Assembly: GCF_044704955.1 (NCBI RefSeq)
Contig: NC_091985.1
Coordinates: 203,298,001-203,362,000 of the forward strand
Origin: Pristiophorus japonicus
Lineage: Eukaryota
Reading direction: 5' to 3'
DNA: 64,000 nucleotides
Part shown: piece by piece, positions 1 through 15,204 of the stretch
How positions within the stretch are numbered: the first letter of the stretch is position 1
Layout of the letters: each line of letters begins with the position of its first letter
Translations under genes and position numbers: made by a program
The notes under the pieces: model-generated
What the model was told of the DNA's origin: nothing
The model's input: only the letters and a program-made list of their open reading frames with translations
Database searches by the model: none

Positions 1-370
1 GGAGGAGTGGCGAGAGATTGTGACGGAGGTGCGGCGAATGAGGGTACAAGGCCCAGAAGAGCCGATGGCCCAGGGGCAGCACAGGCCAGCCCACACTGGG
101 TCTGTGCGCACTAGGTCTGTGCAGCCGAGCAGGTCTCCAGTCCTGGTCTACCCTTGCCACTGGATAAAGTCCTAGCTCTGTCAAGTCCATGTGGTGGCTG
201 ATGTGCAACGGTCACCACACGTTAAAAAAATCCACGCACAGGCATCTTCCACCCTTTCAATTGGAGTCAGGATTGGAATATCAGGTCCTTCATTGAAACA
301 TCTGTGAGCTCACGTGGAAGCAAGTCATCCTGGTTCGAGGGACCGCCTATGATGATGATGATGATGATGA
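1..370 (+). mobile_element. Non-autonomous RTE-derived retroposon (5' UTR/ORF start joined to 3' tail) ending in (ATG)n
   Basis: Homologous to 41160-41545. 3' motif GTGGAAGCAAGTCATCCT plus an ATG-repeat tail is shared with the 3' end of the RTE LINE at 56186-56235 (- strand). Confidence 0.7.
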
Positions 371-1100
371 GAGAATCTGAGTGCCGCTGTACTGCAGTGA
401 GGTCAGACAATGTCACTGTTTGTATCGCGCATTCCTCTCTCCAGATACTTTATTTTATTATAAAGAAACACATTAATTATAACTTTATTGTTATAGTCTA
501 CAGGCACCTGTCCATGACTTGTACCTAATATTTTTCTCATATTATTATTCTCAGAGCAAAATACTTCACCCCCAGAATAAATGTGATCTTTCCGCCACCT
601 GGAACACAAGGAACAGTGCAGGCAGCTCCCTCTCACACACAGTAAGTACATTATCACTCAGAGCGCAGAGACACAGAACTGACTTCAATCATATTGTCAC
701 AGGTAGCAGAAGCTGTCTAGTCCCACAGTGATCCGAATCCCAGAGTTACATTATGAATCCCACAGTCACTTGGAACAGTACAATAAGATGTTGTTTCAAA
801 GTCCAAACATATCGCTCTGAGAGGCAGATCCATTTTCACTCCCTTACTCACACACAAGGACTGACTGACACGGTGTCAATCCACAGTGGTGTCTGTACAC
901 TGACTCTCAAACCCAGCAACTAACATACAAGAGCAGAGAAACGGAGGTAATGGACTGAACCAAACCTCCTCCTGACATAATCACAGATAATCTCAAACTA
1001 GCATAGACATAAAGAAGGAACAGAATCCAACAGTCACACAGCAAGAATAGCTGGCAACAAGAGACTGTCAATTACATAATAACTCTCGCACTCTCACACA
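371..1100 (+). repeat. Multi-copy non-coding unit, 3' part (copy A)
   Basis: Colinear with 5210-5655 and 27103-27840 (aatctgagtgccgctg... to ...caagagactgtcaattacataat). Confidence 0.8.
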
Positions 1101-1109
1101 TCACCATTC

Positions 1110-1625
1110 TAACAGAGACATAGTGAACCCCACACCCACAAACAGTGCCGGGGACTGAGAGACACAGAATGGATCCCACACCCACAAACAGCGCCAGGGT
1201 TTGAGAGACACAGAATGGACATACCCACAAACAGTGCCAGGGACTTAGACACAAAATGGACCCCACACCCACAAACAGTGCCAGGGTTTCAGAGACACAA
1301 AATGGACCCCACACCCACAAATAGTGCCAGGGACTGAGAGACACAGAATGGATCCCACACCCACAAACAGTACCAGGGACTGAGAGACACAGAATGGACC
1401 CCACACCCACACACAGTACCAGGGACTGAGAGACACAAAATGGACCCCACACCCACAAACAGTGCCAGGGACTGAGAGACACAGAATGGATCCCACACCC
1501 ACAAACAGTGCCAGGGACTGAGAGACACAGAATGGACCCACACCTACAAACAGTGCCAGGGACTGAGACACAGAATGGACCCCACAGCTACACACAGTGC
1601 CAGGGACTGAGAGACACAGAATGAT
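1110..1625. repeat. ~45-bp minisatellite, ~11 copies
   Basis: Tandem cccacacccacaaacagtgccagggactgagagacacagaatgga units. Confidence 0.9.
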
Positions 1626-1689
1626 ACATACTCTCGGGCACAGTGAATGACGGATTGAGATTGAATCACAATTACATATGGTAACACAC

Positions 1690-3385
1690 TGACTGACTGG
1701 CAGATATAGGTTAAAATCCACACTCACATATCGGAAAGTGACTGGTGCAGAGTAAAATGGATATTCACATGACTTTTATTCTGTACCTCTCAGTTTTTGT
1801 TAATACATTCTGTAAACCAGCAGATACAGAATAAAATACACACTTGCATCCCAGAGTCAGACAGCTATAAAGTAAAACACACACTCACATACCAGAGACT
1901 GGAAGATATGACTAATATCCACACTCCTGTACAAGAAACTGGCAGGTACTGATTAAAATACACAATCACATCCTGGAAACTAACAATTGGAGAGTAACAA
2001 CAACAGACAAATACCAGAAACTGACAGGTAAAGATTAAAACCAAACTCTCATTCCAAAAACTGACACATACAGAGTAAAGCCCACACTCACACCACAGAG
2101 AGTGACACATACAGTCTATGACACACTCACGTGAGAAAATGACAGCTACAGAGTCAAACCCACATTCACATCCCAGAGAGTGACAGCTACAGAGCAAAAT
2201 CAACAGCCACATAAAAGATACTGATCGATGCAGAGTCAAGCACACACTCAAATCCCACAGCCTAACAGGTACAGATTAAAACAGACTCACACATCAGAAA
2301 CTGACAGATACAGCACAAAAGCAGCACTATCACAGCAGAAACTGACAGGTACAGATTAAAACCCCTATTCATATACTAGAAACTGACAGGTACAAAATAA
2401 AACCCAACTCAGATTTGAGAAAATGAAAGTTAGAGTACAACCCAGACTCACATCGCAGATATTAACATACAGAGTAAAACTCTCATTTTCATCCCAGAGC
2501 CTGAATGATAGAGGAAAACCACACTTGCATACCAGAAACTGACAGATACAGAGTAAAACTCACACACTCACATCAGAGACTAACAGATACAGAGTAAAAT
2601 CCACACTTGCATCACACAGACAGACAGCTATAGAGTAAATTCTGCACTCCCATATCCGAGACTAAGCTATACAGAGTAAAACTTACACTTACATAAAAGA
2701 CAATGAGAGATACCCACTCTCTTATCATAAACTGACAGATACAGGCTAAAATCCACTCTCTCATATCAGAAACTGCCAGGTACTGATTAAAGCCCACGTT
2801 AACATACGAGAAAATGACAGGTACAGAATAAAACCCCACTCACATACCAGAGTCTGAATGATAAAGTGTAAAATCACACTCGCATAGCAGAGAATGACAG
2901 CTATAGAATAAAACCCACTCACATACCAAAGACGTGACTGATACAGAGTAAAACGCACACTCACATCCCAGAGACTGAGAACTACATAGTTTTACCTACA
3001 TTCCTATACCGGAAACAGACAGGTACAGACAAAAAGTTAACACTCACATCCCAGAAACTGGCAGGTACAGAGGAAAACCCATGTTACAAATTCAGAAAAT
3101 AACAGGTACAGAATAGAACTCACATAACAGAAACTGACAAGTACAGAATAAATCCCCCAATCACATACGAGAAACTGACAGGTACAGGATAATACCCACA
3201 TTGACATACCAGAGACCGACAGGTACAGAGTAAAATCCACACTCACATCCCGGAGACAGGCAAAAACAGAGTGGAACTCGCAGTCACATTCCAGAAGCTG
3301 ACATGGTGTATAATAAAACCCACTTTTGCCCACCAAAAACTGAAGAAAGAACAACACTCACGTAGCAGATACTGACAGCTGTAAG
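1690..3385. repeat. Degenerate ~40-bp satellite array
   Basis: Consensus about AAACCCACACTCACATACCAGAAACTGACAGGTACAGAAT with ~40-41 bp period. Confidence 0.85.
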
Positions 3386-4080
3386 AGAATAAGAAATAGC
3401 AGGCGGTAAGGCAGCTCGAGCCTGCTCCACAATTCATTACATTCATGGCTGAACTTCACCCTGAACTCCTGCCTGATACCCATTTCCCTTGATTCCCTTT
3501 GTTCTCTGTCTTGAATATACTCAATGACTGAGCATCTCAGACCTATGTGTATAGAATTCCAAAGATTCACATCCCTCTGAGTGAATACATTGCTCCTTAT
3601 CTCAGTCCTAAGTGTCCGATCCCTTATCCTGAGACTGTGACCCCTAGATCGAGACTATCCAGCAAAGGGAAACATCCTCACAGCATCTACCCTGCCAAGA
3701 ATTCTAAGATTTTTTTTTAGGTTTCAATGAGCTCCGCTCTCATTCTTCTAAACTCCAGAGTGTATCGGTGCATTTCACTCAATCTCTCTAACCCAGGATT
3801 CAATGTTGCACCCCCTCTAATATCCTTCCTTAGGCAATGAGACCAAAACTGTGCCCAGTAATCCAGGTGTGGTCTCACCAAAGCCCTACATAATGGCAGC
3901 CACATTTCTTTACTCTTATACTCCAAACCCCTTGTAATAAAGGCCAACATATCCTTTACCTTCCTAATTGCTTGCAGTAGCTGCAAGTTAACTATATGTG
4001 ATTCGTGTACAATGACACTTAAATCCCGCTAAATAACTACATTTGCTAGTCTCTCCTCTTTTAAACATTCTGCTTTTTGA
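3386..4080 (-). mobile_element. CR1 LINE 3' fragment
   Basis: ORF 3717-3986 ALVRPHLDYWAQFWS (CR1 ORF2 C-terminus), followed by the CR1 3' UTR. Confidence 0.9.
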
Positions 4081-4289
4081 TTCATATAAAATTTAACACA
4101 CACTCGCATCACATAGTCTGATCAATACAGTGTAAAACCCACACTCGCATCCCATAGTCTGAACTATACAGTGTAAAACACACACTCACATCCCATAGTC
4201 TGAACTATACAGGGTGACAGATTGAGCAGAGACAGCGGCCTCTGAGCTTCCAGATCCACCTCCAAACTTCACACTCGAGCATTGAAATA

Positions 4290-5655
4290 CTTGCCTGCTC
4301 CCCACCACCCCCGGCCACTCGTCTCCCTGCCCAGTGTTTAAACCGACGGGAAGGGCCCATGCGACCTCCCCTCCCCCAACTCTGCCAATGGCTGCCATTT
4401 CCTCTGTGCTGGGCTGATAATCGTTGACCACATCAGGGAGCGGAGATATCCTGGGCCAGAGTAAGGGAGCAAACAGCAGCCACCTTACAGCAGCTCATCG
4501 CGTTGGGACTGTGTCCGCAAATGGGCTTTGTCAGGGAATCGGGGGCTGTTTTGTAAGAGGCAGAATGGAGCAGGTAGTAGTTCGGGAACATGGAGTGAGT
4601 GGGGGAAGGGAGCGGGGATATCCCGGGCTGTGTGTGTACAGTGTAAGGTAACAGAGAAAGTTAATCACCACACTCTTTCAAATCATTGCTGGTTTCTGTC
4701 ACCAAACCAGCAGTGAATGTTCCTGATTCAGTCCCAATCTCACCGTGTCTGCCCTTGGACATTGAACAGTGGAAACACAGCCTGACAGTGAGGATGTGAG
4801 GAGTGTCACAAAGTGCATCTATTGCAGGCACCAGGACAGAAAGTAGACATTTCAAATTTGGTAATTTTGTTTCGGTGCGTTGAGTTCTCCAGAACCGTAT
4901 TGAAGGTGATCGAGAGATACATTGTCGCTCCCTCGGATACATCAGGATCCGGGCTCTGTGACATTCTGTTGACTGCACAGGCACTTAACTCGGTTCCAAT
5001 AGACTGAGAGCAATTGTTGTACAGCTCAGGTACCTGTGGTTATAATCCAGAAAGCGATTCAGAATTTTACAGGTAGTCCTATGGGAGTGGAGGATATAAA
5101 CCTCGATTGTATTAATCGGGTGATCCCATTCATGGACCAGTGCTGGGTTTGAGTTGCGTCTGGATGCTGATAACTTTCTATAGAACCGTCCTACACACCT
5201 GGTATGGAAAATCTGAGTGCCGCTGTACTGCAGTGAGGTCAGACAAGGACACTGTTTGAATCACGGTTTCCTCTCTCCAGATACTTTACTTTATTATAAA
5301 CATATACATTCATTACAACTTTATTTTATATTTTCCCCATCAGTTGTCCATATCATAACTAATATTTTTCTGGTATTATTCTCAAAGCAAAATACTTCAT
5401 TGAGCCAGTATAAATATGATATTTCTTCCACCCAGAACACAAGACAAAGTGCAGGCAGCTCCTTCTCGCATATAGTAAGTACATTATCACTCACAGAGCG
5501 CAGAGACACAGAACTGACCTCAATCCTGTTATCACAGGCAGCAGAAGCTGTCAGTCCAACAGTGATCCGAAGTGGCTGAGTTTCATTGTGAATCTTACAA
5601 CCACACAGAGCGGTAGGATCAAATGCTGTTTCACTATTGAAACATATCACATTCA
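4290..5655 (+). repeat. Multi-copy non-coding unit (copy B)
   Basis: Colinear with 26185-27540 and more distantly with 21930-22900. Confidence 0.85.
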
Positions 5656-6552
5656 TATACCAGATACTGAAATATACAGATTAAACCCCACACATGGACC
5701 AGAAACTGACAGCTATGGGATAAAACCAACACTCAACTACCAGAAACTGACAGGTACAGATTAAACCACACACTTTTTATCAGAAACTGATGGTTACAGA
5801 TTAAACCCCATACATAGACCAGAAACTGACAGCTATGGGATAAAACCAACACTCAACTACCAGGAACTGACAGGTACAGATTAATCCCCACTTTCACATA
5901 TCAAAGACTGAAAGGTACATCTGAAAACCACTCTCTCATACCAGAAACAGACAGATACAGAATATCACCCACACTCACACACCAGAAACTAATAGGTACA
6001 GATTAAAGCCCACAATAATAGACCAGAAATTGATAGGTGCAGATTAACCCCACACTCATATACCAGAAACTGATATGTACAGATTAAACCCACACTCGCA
6101 TACCAGAAACTGACAGGTACAGGTTAAACCCCACAGTCGCATACCAGAAATTGAAATGTATAGAATAAAATACACACTCACATATAAACTGACAGTTACA
6201 GAAAAAATACACAGTCACGTACCAGAGACTGACAGGTACAGATTAACTCCACAGTCATATACCAGAACCGAGAGGTACAGAATAAACCCACACTCACCTA
6301 GCAGCTGATAGGTGCAGATTAACCCACACTAACATACCAGAGACAAATGGATACAGAATAAACACCACACTCAAATATTAGAGAGTGACAGGTACAGATT
6401 AAAACCCACAATCACATAACCGAAACTGAGAGGTAGAGAGTAACCCCAACAATCATATACCAGTAACTGACAGGTACAGATTAAATGCCACATTCATATA
6501 CCAGAGATAGACAGTTACAGAATAAAATGCACACTCTCATACTATAATCTGA
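5656..6552. repeat. Degenerate ~40-bp satellite array
   Basis: Same ccagaaactgacaggtacaga-containing unit as 1690-3385. Confidence 0.85.
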
Positions 6553-6673
6553 CACCATCAGTTCCGGTGAGATCCAGACCACAGTGCGCCTGCTGCTGCT
6601 GCCCGGGGAGCTGGCCAAGCACGCCATGTCGGAAGGGACAAAGGCGGTGACCAAGTACACCAGCTCCCAGTAA
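6553..6673 (+). pseudogene. H2B: 5'-truncated histone H2B remnant
   Basis: Last ~40 codons ([38 protein letters not shown]), then stem-loop GGCTCTTTTAAGAGCC at 6714-6729. Confidence 0.95.
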
Positions 6674-7602
6674 AACTCCACGCTGTCCTGAGAGAACAAA
6701 CCAGAAACACAACGGCTCTTTTAAGAGCCACCCACATCCTCTCTGAAAGACCTAAAGCGCATCACCCTTTAGACTCAATTTACTGTAATTATTTCCTGAA
6801 CAAGTGTGTTTGGGAACCTTTGCAGTTCCAGCTGTGGATTTAGTTTTGAATTCTCATAAGCAGCTTCACTGTCTGGTTCGACGTTAGGACTGCTGTTGAA
6901 TTTCCCGCCATTCATGCTACAAACACGATTCCTTGACGCTCATTCCCATTTACAGTGCCTGCCGAGGAATTAAGAGCTTGTTTAGGGAATGAGGCTCAGA
7001 TTTCAGTCATTCTCTCGCAAGCCCTTTACAAGTTTATTTTTCAATTCCTGTTACGGTCAATCCGTTTATTAACCCGGGACTCCCTGCAGTGTAAAAACCC
7101 AGAATGGGAGTTTGTACAGAGACCAGAACGGGAGCAGTGTGAACACTCTATCCTTCTTCCCTTTTCACAGAAGGGCTCCCAGTTCTGGTCTCACTCCCGC
7201 CTATGCGGAAGATCAATCCATGATTTGTGATTCCCAACTTTTACACAGTTTGAGCTGGAATGTGCCCTGTTACAGAATCAGTGGGGATTGATTGCCATCT
7301 GTTGCAGACAGATTGACAGTGAACGCGAATTTAATTTTGATTGTAACAGCCTGGAATTAGTAAGGGAAATATGGAATAAAATAAAAGGAAGTAAAACCTG
7401 TTTGTAAACCTTTGGCTAATGGTGCATTTATTAACATAATCCGCACTTTAAAAAATTATTGGCGGTGTTTTTGAAATTAGTAATCGTTCGAGGTGTGACT
7501 GTTGAGGACAGTAATTTCCGCCCTCGTTTCATTGGTGGTCTCAACAGACAATGGGTAAGGCGAGAGATTAACATTCAGCGGCGATTTCAGTAAAGAATCA
7601 TC

Positions 7603-7900
<298 letters not shown>

Positions 7901-8174
7901 ATAACGTGACCCTTTCCCCCAAACACAACACAAAGGCTCTTCTCAGAGCCACCCACCTCCTCACAGAGAGAGCAGTGATTTGGGGAACGGGGGCGAGATA
8001 GTTGATTTACATTTTGTTCTGTATAGATATGTTTTTTGCCAAGATCTATATTGTGGTGTTGGGTGTTTTAAATCATCATATACACGATGGACAGAATGTC
8101 CTTTTAGTCTTCAAATCATAGACATTTACGGGGCATTCCAGATGAAGGTAATACTGAAAAAACTAATGTAGTTA

Positions 8175-9445
8175 GAACATAAGAACATTAAAAACATAAC
8201 ATAAGAAATCGGAGCAAATGTAGGCCATACGGCCCCTCGAGCCTGCTCCGCCATTTAATACGATCATGGACTCTGGTCTACTTCCCTGCCCCATATTCCC
8301 TTATCATTAAGAAACTGTCTGTTTCTGTCTTAAATTTATTCAATGTCCCAGCTCTCTGAGGCAGCGAATTCCACAGATTCACAGTCCTCAGAGAAGAAAT
8401 TTCTCCTCATCTCAGTTTTAAATGGGCGACCTCTTATTCTAAGATTAAGCCCTCTCGTTCTAGTTTCCCCTAGCAGTGGAAACATCCTCTCTGCATCCAC
8501 CTTGTTAAGCCCCCTCATAATCTTATATGTTTCGATAAGATCACACCTCATTCTTCTGAATTCCAATAAGTAGAGGCCCAACCTACTCAACCTTTCCTCA
8601 AGTCAACCCCCTCATTCCGGAATCAACCGTGTGAAACTTCTCTGAACTGCCTCCAAAGCAAGTATATACTTTTGTAAATATGGAAACCAAAACTGCATGC
8701 AGTATTCCAGGTGTGGCCTCACCAATATCCTGTACAACTATAGCAAGACTTTCCTGCTTTTATACTCCATCCTCTTTGCAATAAAGGCCAGATTCCATTG
8801 GCCTTCCTGATCACTTGCTATACCTGCATACTAACCTTTTGTGTTTCATGCACAAGTACCCCCAGGTCCCGCTGCACTGCAGCACCTTGCAATCTTTCAA
8901 CATTGAAGTAATAACTTGCACTTTGGAAGAAAAAAATCAAACAGCATGACCTCACACTTTCCAATATTATACTCCATCTGCCAAATCCTTGTTCACTCTC
9001 TTATGTCCTTTTGTAGAATTTTTGTGTCCTCCTCACCCATTGCTTTTTCTCCCATCTTTGTATCGTCAGCAAACTTGGCTGCGTTACACTCGGTCCCTTC
9101 TTCCAAGTCGTTAATATCGATCATAAATAGTTGGGGTCCTAGCACTGATCCCTGTGGCATCCCATTGGTTACTGATTGCCAACCCGGGAATGAACCATTT
9201 ATTCCCACTATCTGGTTTCTGTTTGTTAGCCAATCCTCTATCCATGCTAATATATTACCCCCAACCCTGTGAACTTTTATCTTGTGCAGTCAGTAACCTT
9301 TTATGTAGCACCTTGTCAAATGCGTTCTGGAAGTCCAAATATACCACATCCACTGCTTCCCCATTATCCACCCTGTTCGTGACATCCTCAAAGAATTCCA
9401 GCAAATTTGTCAAACATGACTTCCCCTTCATAAATCCATGCTGTT
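8175..9445 (-). mobile_element. CR1 LINE, 5'-truncated and degenerate
   Basis: RT motifs PQGSVLGP and KFADDTK (8993-9208), C-terminus 8336-8590, TTCTTATG-type tail. The empty site is visible in the paralogous spacer at ~12870-12900. Confidence 0.95.
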
Positions 9446-9849
9446 ACATCCATGTTACAGCAGTGACAGATAAGAAAGGTGTTGAATTAAACGATGGGAG
9501 GAAGGCAGCATCAGGGCGGAAGGACAGTGAGGGTCCCTTGCCCTCATAGAAGGACTCCCAAGTCCTGATCAGAAGTGACCCTCAGGCAATCTCGGTAACA
9601 AACCGGTCAATGTCTCGAACATGTAGAAATGTAGATCGACAAACACAGCTGTTCAGATTATTGAATGTATATATGGAAAAAAACGTGAATGAACCTTCCT
9701 CATAAGTCCGGCCGTCATTAACCATTTTTGCCTGAGAGCAGAATAGAAACATAAAGAACGGATTATAAATCAGGAGGGGATGTAATTGATGACCTAATTT
9801 AAGAATTTGAGATTGTGGCGAGCAATAAATCTGATTGAATGTTTAAAGA

Positions 9850-9976
9850 GACCAATCAGAGAGATAGAGAACAATGGAAATTGACAACGTGGCCAATGAA
9901 CCAATCACAGTCATTGCCTTCACTTATCCCTCATAAGCATAAGGTTGTGGGCGGAGTGTGAGGCTGCCTATATAAT
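9850..9976 (+). promoter_or_regulatory. H2B promoter
   Basis: Several CCAAT boxes, octamer-like ATAAGCAT at 9933-9940, GGGCGG, TATATAA at ~9969. Confidence 0.7.
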
Positions 9977-10025
9977 GCGAGCCCGGAACAAAATTTCCTT
10001 CATATCTACGTGACTGAACAAGACG

Positions 10026-10400
10026 ATGCCTGAGGAAAAGAAGCCAGCTTCGAAAAAGGGTGCCAAGAAAGTCATCAAGAAAACATCACCAAAGGGCGGC
10101 AAGAAGCGCCGAAAGTCGAGGAAGGAGAGTTATGCTATCTACATCTACAAAGTGATGAAGCAGGTTCACCCCGACACCGGCATCTCCTCCAAGGCCATGG
10201 GCATCATGAACTCGTTTGTGAACGATATTTTCGAGCGCATCGCGGGTGAGGCTTCCCGCCTGGCCCATTACAACAAGCGCCGCACCATCAGCTCCCGGGA
10301 GATCCAGACCGCCGTGCGCCTGCTGCTGCCCGGGGAGCTGGCCAAGCACGCCGTGTCGGAAGGGACAAAGGCGGTGACCAAATACACCAGCTCCAAGTAA
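10026..10400 (+). CDS. H2B: Histone H2B
   Basis: Intact 124-aa ORF with canonical H2B core ([20 protein letters not shown]...AVTKYTSSK). Confidence 0.99.
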   Translation: MPEEKKPASKKGAKKVIKKTSPKGGKKRRKSRKESYAIYIYKVMKQVHPDTGISSKAMGIMNSFVNDIFERIAGEASRLAHYNKRRTISSREIQTAVRLLLPGELAKHAVSEGTKAVTKYTSSK

Positions 10401-10440
10401 AATTCCACGTTGTCCTGACAGAACAAATCCCAAACACAAC

Positions 10441-10480
10441 GGCTCTTTTAAGAGCCACCCACAACATCATTGAAAGAGCT
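10441..10480 (+). terminator. Histone 3' stem-loop and downstream element (HDE)
   Basis: GGCTCTTTTAAGAGCC at 10441-10456, then ACCCA and GAAAGAGCT. Confidence 0.95.
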
Positions 10481-11368
10481 GCACAATCACATCTCCCTTT
10501 AGACTGAATTTACTGTAATTATTTCCCGAACAATTGTGTTTGAGAACCTTTGTAGTTCCAGCTGTAGATTTAGTTTTGAATTCTCATAAGCAGCTTCACT
10601 GACCGGCTTGACCTTGGTGTCGCTGGAATTTCCTGCAGTGAATAAACTACAAACACGGTCCCTGGTCGCTTTCCCTTTGTTCTCAGACCCGTTCATTCAC
10701 AGCGCCTACCGACGAATTTATTTTTGGGGGGCAGGGAAACTCTGATTTCAGTCACATTCTCACTCAAGCCCTTTTCACGAGTTTTTTTATTCCGTTGCGC
10801 TCAGTCCGTTTATTAACCCGAGACTTCCCGCAGTGTAACGACCCAGAATGGGAGTTCTTAGAGACTGGAACAGGGGCAGTTTGAACACCCTGTCCCTCTT
10901 CTCTTTTTACAAAAGGACTCTCGGTTCTGGTCTCACTCCCACAGCAGCTCCTGTGAAAAGAAGTTCACTTTTACAAAGATTGAGCTGGATTGTGTCCCGT
11001 TACAGAATCAGTGGGGACTGAGTCCCGCCCGTTTCAGACAGTTTGAACCTGAAGCCGAATTTAATCCTGATTGTAACAGGCTGGAATTTGCAAGGGGAAC
11101 ATGGAATAAGACAAAAGGAAACAAAAAGTGTTTTGAAGTATTTGGCTAATGGTGAAGTTACTAACATAATCCGCAATTTTAACAATTTTTGGCGGGATTT
11201 TTGAATTTAAAAAATCGTTAGGTTCTGGCTGTTGGGAACCAGTAATTTCCGCCCTCCTTTCATTGGTGGACTAGACAGACTGTGATTGGTCATCGGAAAC
11301 AGCCAATGCAATCCACGACAGAGTGACCAATCACAAGTTTGCTCCCTGCATCCCTCCAGAAGGTATAA

Positions 11369-11812
<444 letters not shown>

Positions 11813-11842
11813 AGCAGACAAGATATAAACTAATAACCCAAA

Positions 11843-11883
11843 GGCTCTTTTCAGAGCCACTCACAGTATCTGTGAAAGGGCTG
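11843..11883 (+). terminator. Histone 3' stem-loop and HDE
   Basis: GGCTCTTTTCAGAGCC at 11843-11858; GAAAGGGCTG downstream. Confidence 0.95.
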
Positions 11884-12240
11884 CTTACTGTCTTAATGGA
11901 GACCTTCAGTTCAGGTACCAATAAATTGGTCTATTTCAGACCTGTATGCGGGAGTTCCTGGTATCTGCATTATGGTTTTCTGCTCACACAAACTGTTCTA
12001 GTTAGGAGCTAATAATTAAACTACAGTTGTCAGAGACTCAAAAATTGTATAAATAGCGCAACCGGTTCCCTAAATATTATTTAATCTTATCAATGAAAGC
12101 TGTATGAAGAAAGTCGGCGGTTATTAAAAGGGCCTAGTTTAATTCTGGTCTGGTTTGAGAGTTTGAATGCTGGTTCTGTTCCCGGGATCTCCGGTCGTTC
12201 CGTGCTGTGTATTTCTCTCCTCAGCCGGTCAGTTTAGGCC

Positions 12241-12404
<164 letters not shown>

Positions 12405-12529
12405 TGATATAGTTCATTTACATTTTGTTCGGTATAGATATATATTTTTCGCCAAGGTCTATACGTTTTAAATCAGCATATGCACGATGGACGGAATATC
12501 CTTTTAGTTTCAGAATTATAGACATTCAT

Positions 12530-12830
12530 CATAGAAGCATACAACACGGAATGAGGCCACTTCGGCCCATCGTGTCCGTGCCGGCCAACAAAAGGCTATC
12601 CAGCCGAATCCCACTTTCCAGCTCGAGGTCCGTAACCCTGCAGGTTACGGCACTTCCAAGTGTACGTCCAAGTAGTTTTAAATGTGGTGAGGGTTTCTGC
12701 CTCTACCTCCCTTTCAGGCAGTGAGTTTCAGACCGCAGCCACCCTCTGCGTGAAGATATTTCCCCTCTAAATCCTCTATCAATTAATAGAAATTTATGCC
12801 TCCTGTGCTAAGGGAAATAGGCCCTTTACG
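12530..12830 (-). mobile_element. CR1-type 3' end fragment
   Basis: Similar to 50830-51150 and (reverse) 55110-55322; absent from the paralogous spacer at 8110-8140. Confidence 0.7.
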
Positions 12831-13339
12831 GCACAGAAGGTACGGCATATTCCAGGTGAAGGTAACACTGAAACAACTAATGTAGTGACAGATAAGAAAG
12901 GTGTTGAATTAAACGGTGGGAGGAAGGCAGCATCAGGGCGGAAGGACAGTGAGGGTCTTTTGCCCTCATAGAAGGACTCCCAAGTCCTGACCAGAAGTGA
13001 CCCTCGGGCAATCTCGGTTACAAACCGGTCAATGTCTGTCGAACATGTAGACATCTCGATCGATAAAGAACAGAATATGGCTCGGGAGGGGATGTAACTG
13101 ATGACCTAATTCAAGAATTTGAGATTGTGGCGAGCAGTAAATCTGATTGGATGTTTAAAGAGACCAATCAGAGAATTACAGAACAATAGAAATTGACAAC
13201 GCAGCGAATGAACCAATCACAATTGTTGCCTTCACCCATCCCTCATTAGCATAGGGCTGTGGGCGGAGTGTGGGGCTGCCTATATAATGCGAGCTCCGAG
13301 CTAAGTTTACGTCATGTCTGGGTCGGATTGAACAAGACG

Positions 13340-13717
13340 ATGCCTGAAGAGAAGAAATCAGTTACTGCCAAGAAAGGCGCCAAAAAAGTGATCAAGAAAA
13401 CACCACCGAAGGGCGGTAAGAAGCGCAGGAAGTCGAGGAAGGAGAGTTACTCCATCTACATCTACAAAGTGATGAAGCAGGTTCACCCCGACACCGGCAT
13501 CTCCTCCAAGGCCATGGGCATCATGAACTCGTTTGTGAACGATATTTTTGAGCGCATCGCGGGTGAGGCTTCCCGCCTGGCTCATTACAACAAACGATCC
13601 ACCATCAGCTCCCGGGAGATCCAGACCGCCGTGCGCCTGCTGCTGCCCGGGGAGCTGGCCAAGCACGCCGTGTCGGAAGGGACAAAGGCGGTGACCAAGT
13701 ACACCAGCTCCAAGTAA
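13340..13717 (+). CDS. H2B: Histone H2B
   Basis: ATG at 13340 ([12 protein letters not shown]...), intact 125 aa; octamer variant ATTAGCAT at 13245-13252 and TATA upstream. Confidence 0.99.
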   Translation: MPEEKKSVTAKKGAKKVIKKTPPKGGKKRRKSRKESYSIYIYKVMKQVHPDTGISSKAMGIMNSFVNDIFERIAGEASRLAHYNKRSTISSREIQTAVRLLLPGELAKHAVSEGTKAVTKYTSSK

Positions 13718-13757
13718 AACTCCACTCTGTCCTGATACAACAAACCAGAAACACAAC

Positions 13758-13798
13758 GGCTCTTTTAAGAGCCACCCACAACGTCTCTGAAAGAGCTG
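13758..13798 (+). terminator. Histone 3' stem-loop and HDE
   Basis: GGCTCTTTTAAGAGCC at 13758-13773; GAAAGAGCTG downstream. Confidence 0.95.
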
Positions 13799-14669
13799 CA
13801 CAAACACATCACCCTTTAAACTCAATTTACTGTAGTTATTTCCTGAGCAAGTGTTTGACAACATTTAAAGTTCCAGCTGTAGATTTAGATTTGAATTCTC
13901 AGATAAGCGGTTTTACTGTCCGGTTCAACCTTAGCTTCTCTGATGAATTTCCCTCCCAGTAAACTGCACACACTGTCCTTGGCCGCCTGCCAATGAATTA
14001 TGATCTTGTTTTAGGAGGTGATACTCAGACTTTAGTCACCTCATTCTCTCTCAAGCCCTTTACAATATAAAAAAAATTCTAGTTCGGGTCAACCCGCTTA
14101 TTAATCCGAGATTCCGAGTGCAACAGCCCAGACTGGGAGTTCTTACAGAGACCAGAACAGGGAGTTTGAACCCTGTGTCCCTCTTCTCTTTTCACAGAAG
14201 AACTCCCAGTTCTGGTCTCACTCCCGCCTGTGCGGAGGATCGATCCATGATCTGTGATTCCCAAATTGTACAAAGATTGAGCTGGAATGTGTCCCGTTAC
14301 AGAACGTATGAAACTGAACCCGAATTTAATCCTGATTGTAACATCCTGGAATTTTGAAGGTAATACGGAATACGGCAAAAGGAAATAAAAAGTGTTTGGA
14401 AATCTTTGGCTAATGGTGAATTTATTAACATAATCCGCATTGTAAAAATTATTGGCGGGGTTTTTGAAATTGAAGATTCGTTGGAAGTCGAACAGTAATT
14501 TTCGCCCTCTTTTCATTGGCGGGCTAAACAGACGGTGATTGGTCAGCGGAAAAGACCAATGAAATCCACCTCAGAGCGACCAATCACAAGTTCGCTCCCT
14601 GCATCCCTCCAGAAGCTATAAGAAGGGCAGATGTGGGAGGAGTTTCTCATTCTTTGTCTGAACTTGTGA

Positions 14670-15065
<396 letters not shown>

Positions 15066-15095
15066 AGCGGACAAGATTTAATCTAATAACCCAAA

Positions 15096-15136
15096 GGCTC
15101 TTTTCAGAGCCACCCACAGTATCTGTGAAAGGGCTG
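15096..15136 (+). terminator. Histone 3' stem-loop and HDE
   Basis: GGCTCTTTTCAGAGCC at 15096-15111. Confidence 0.95.
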
Positions 15137-15204
15137 CTTACTGTCTTAATGGAGTCAGAGCCCTTTAATTCATGTACCGATAGGTTGACCTGTTTTAGAC
15201 CTGT

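Noticed and set aside
720-890. CACAGTG heptamers as V(D)J recombination signals
   Set aside because: No nonamer at 12/23 spacing and no V/J segments seen.
1072-3446. Cys/Val-rich ORFs on the - strand (also 25114-25974 and 28569-29610)
   Set aside because: They are translations of the 40-45-bp satellites, open in several frames, with no C2H2 spacing despite CECG words.
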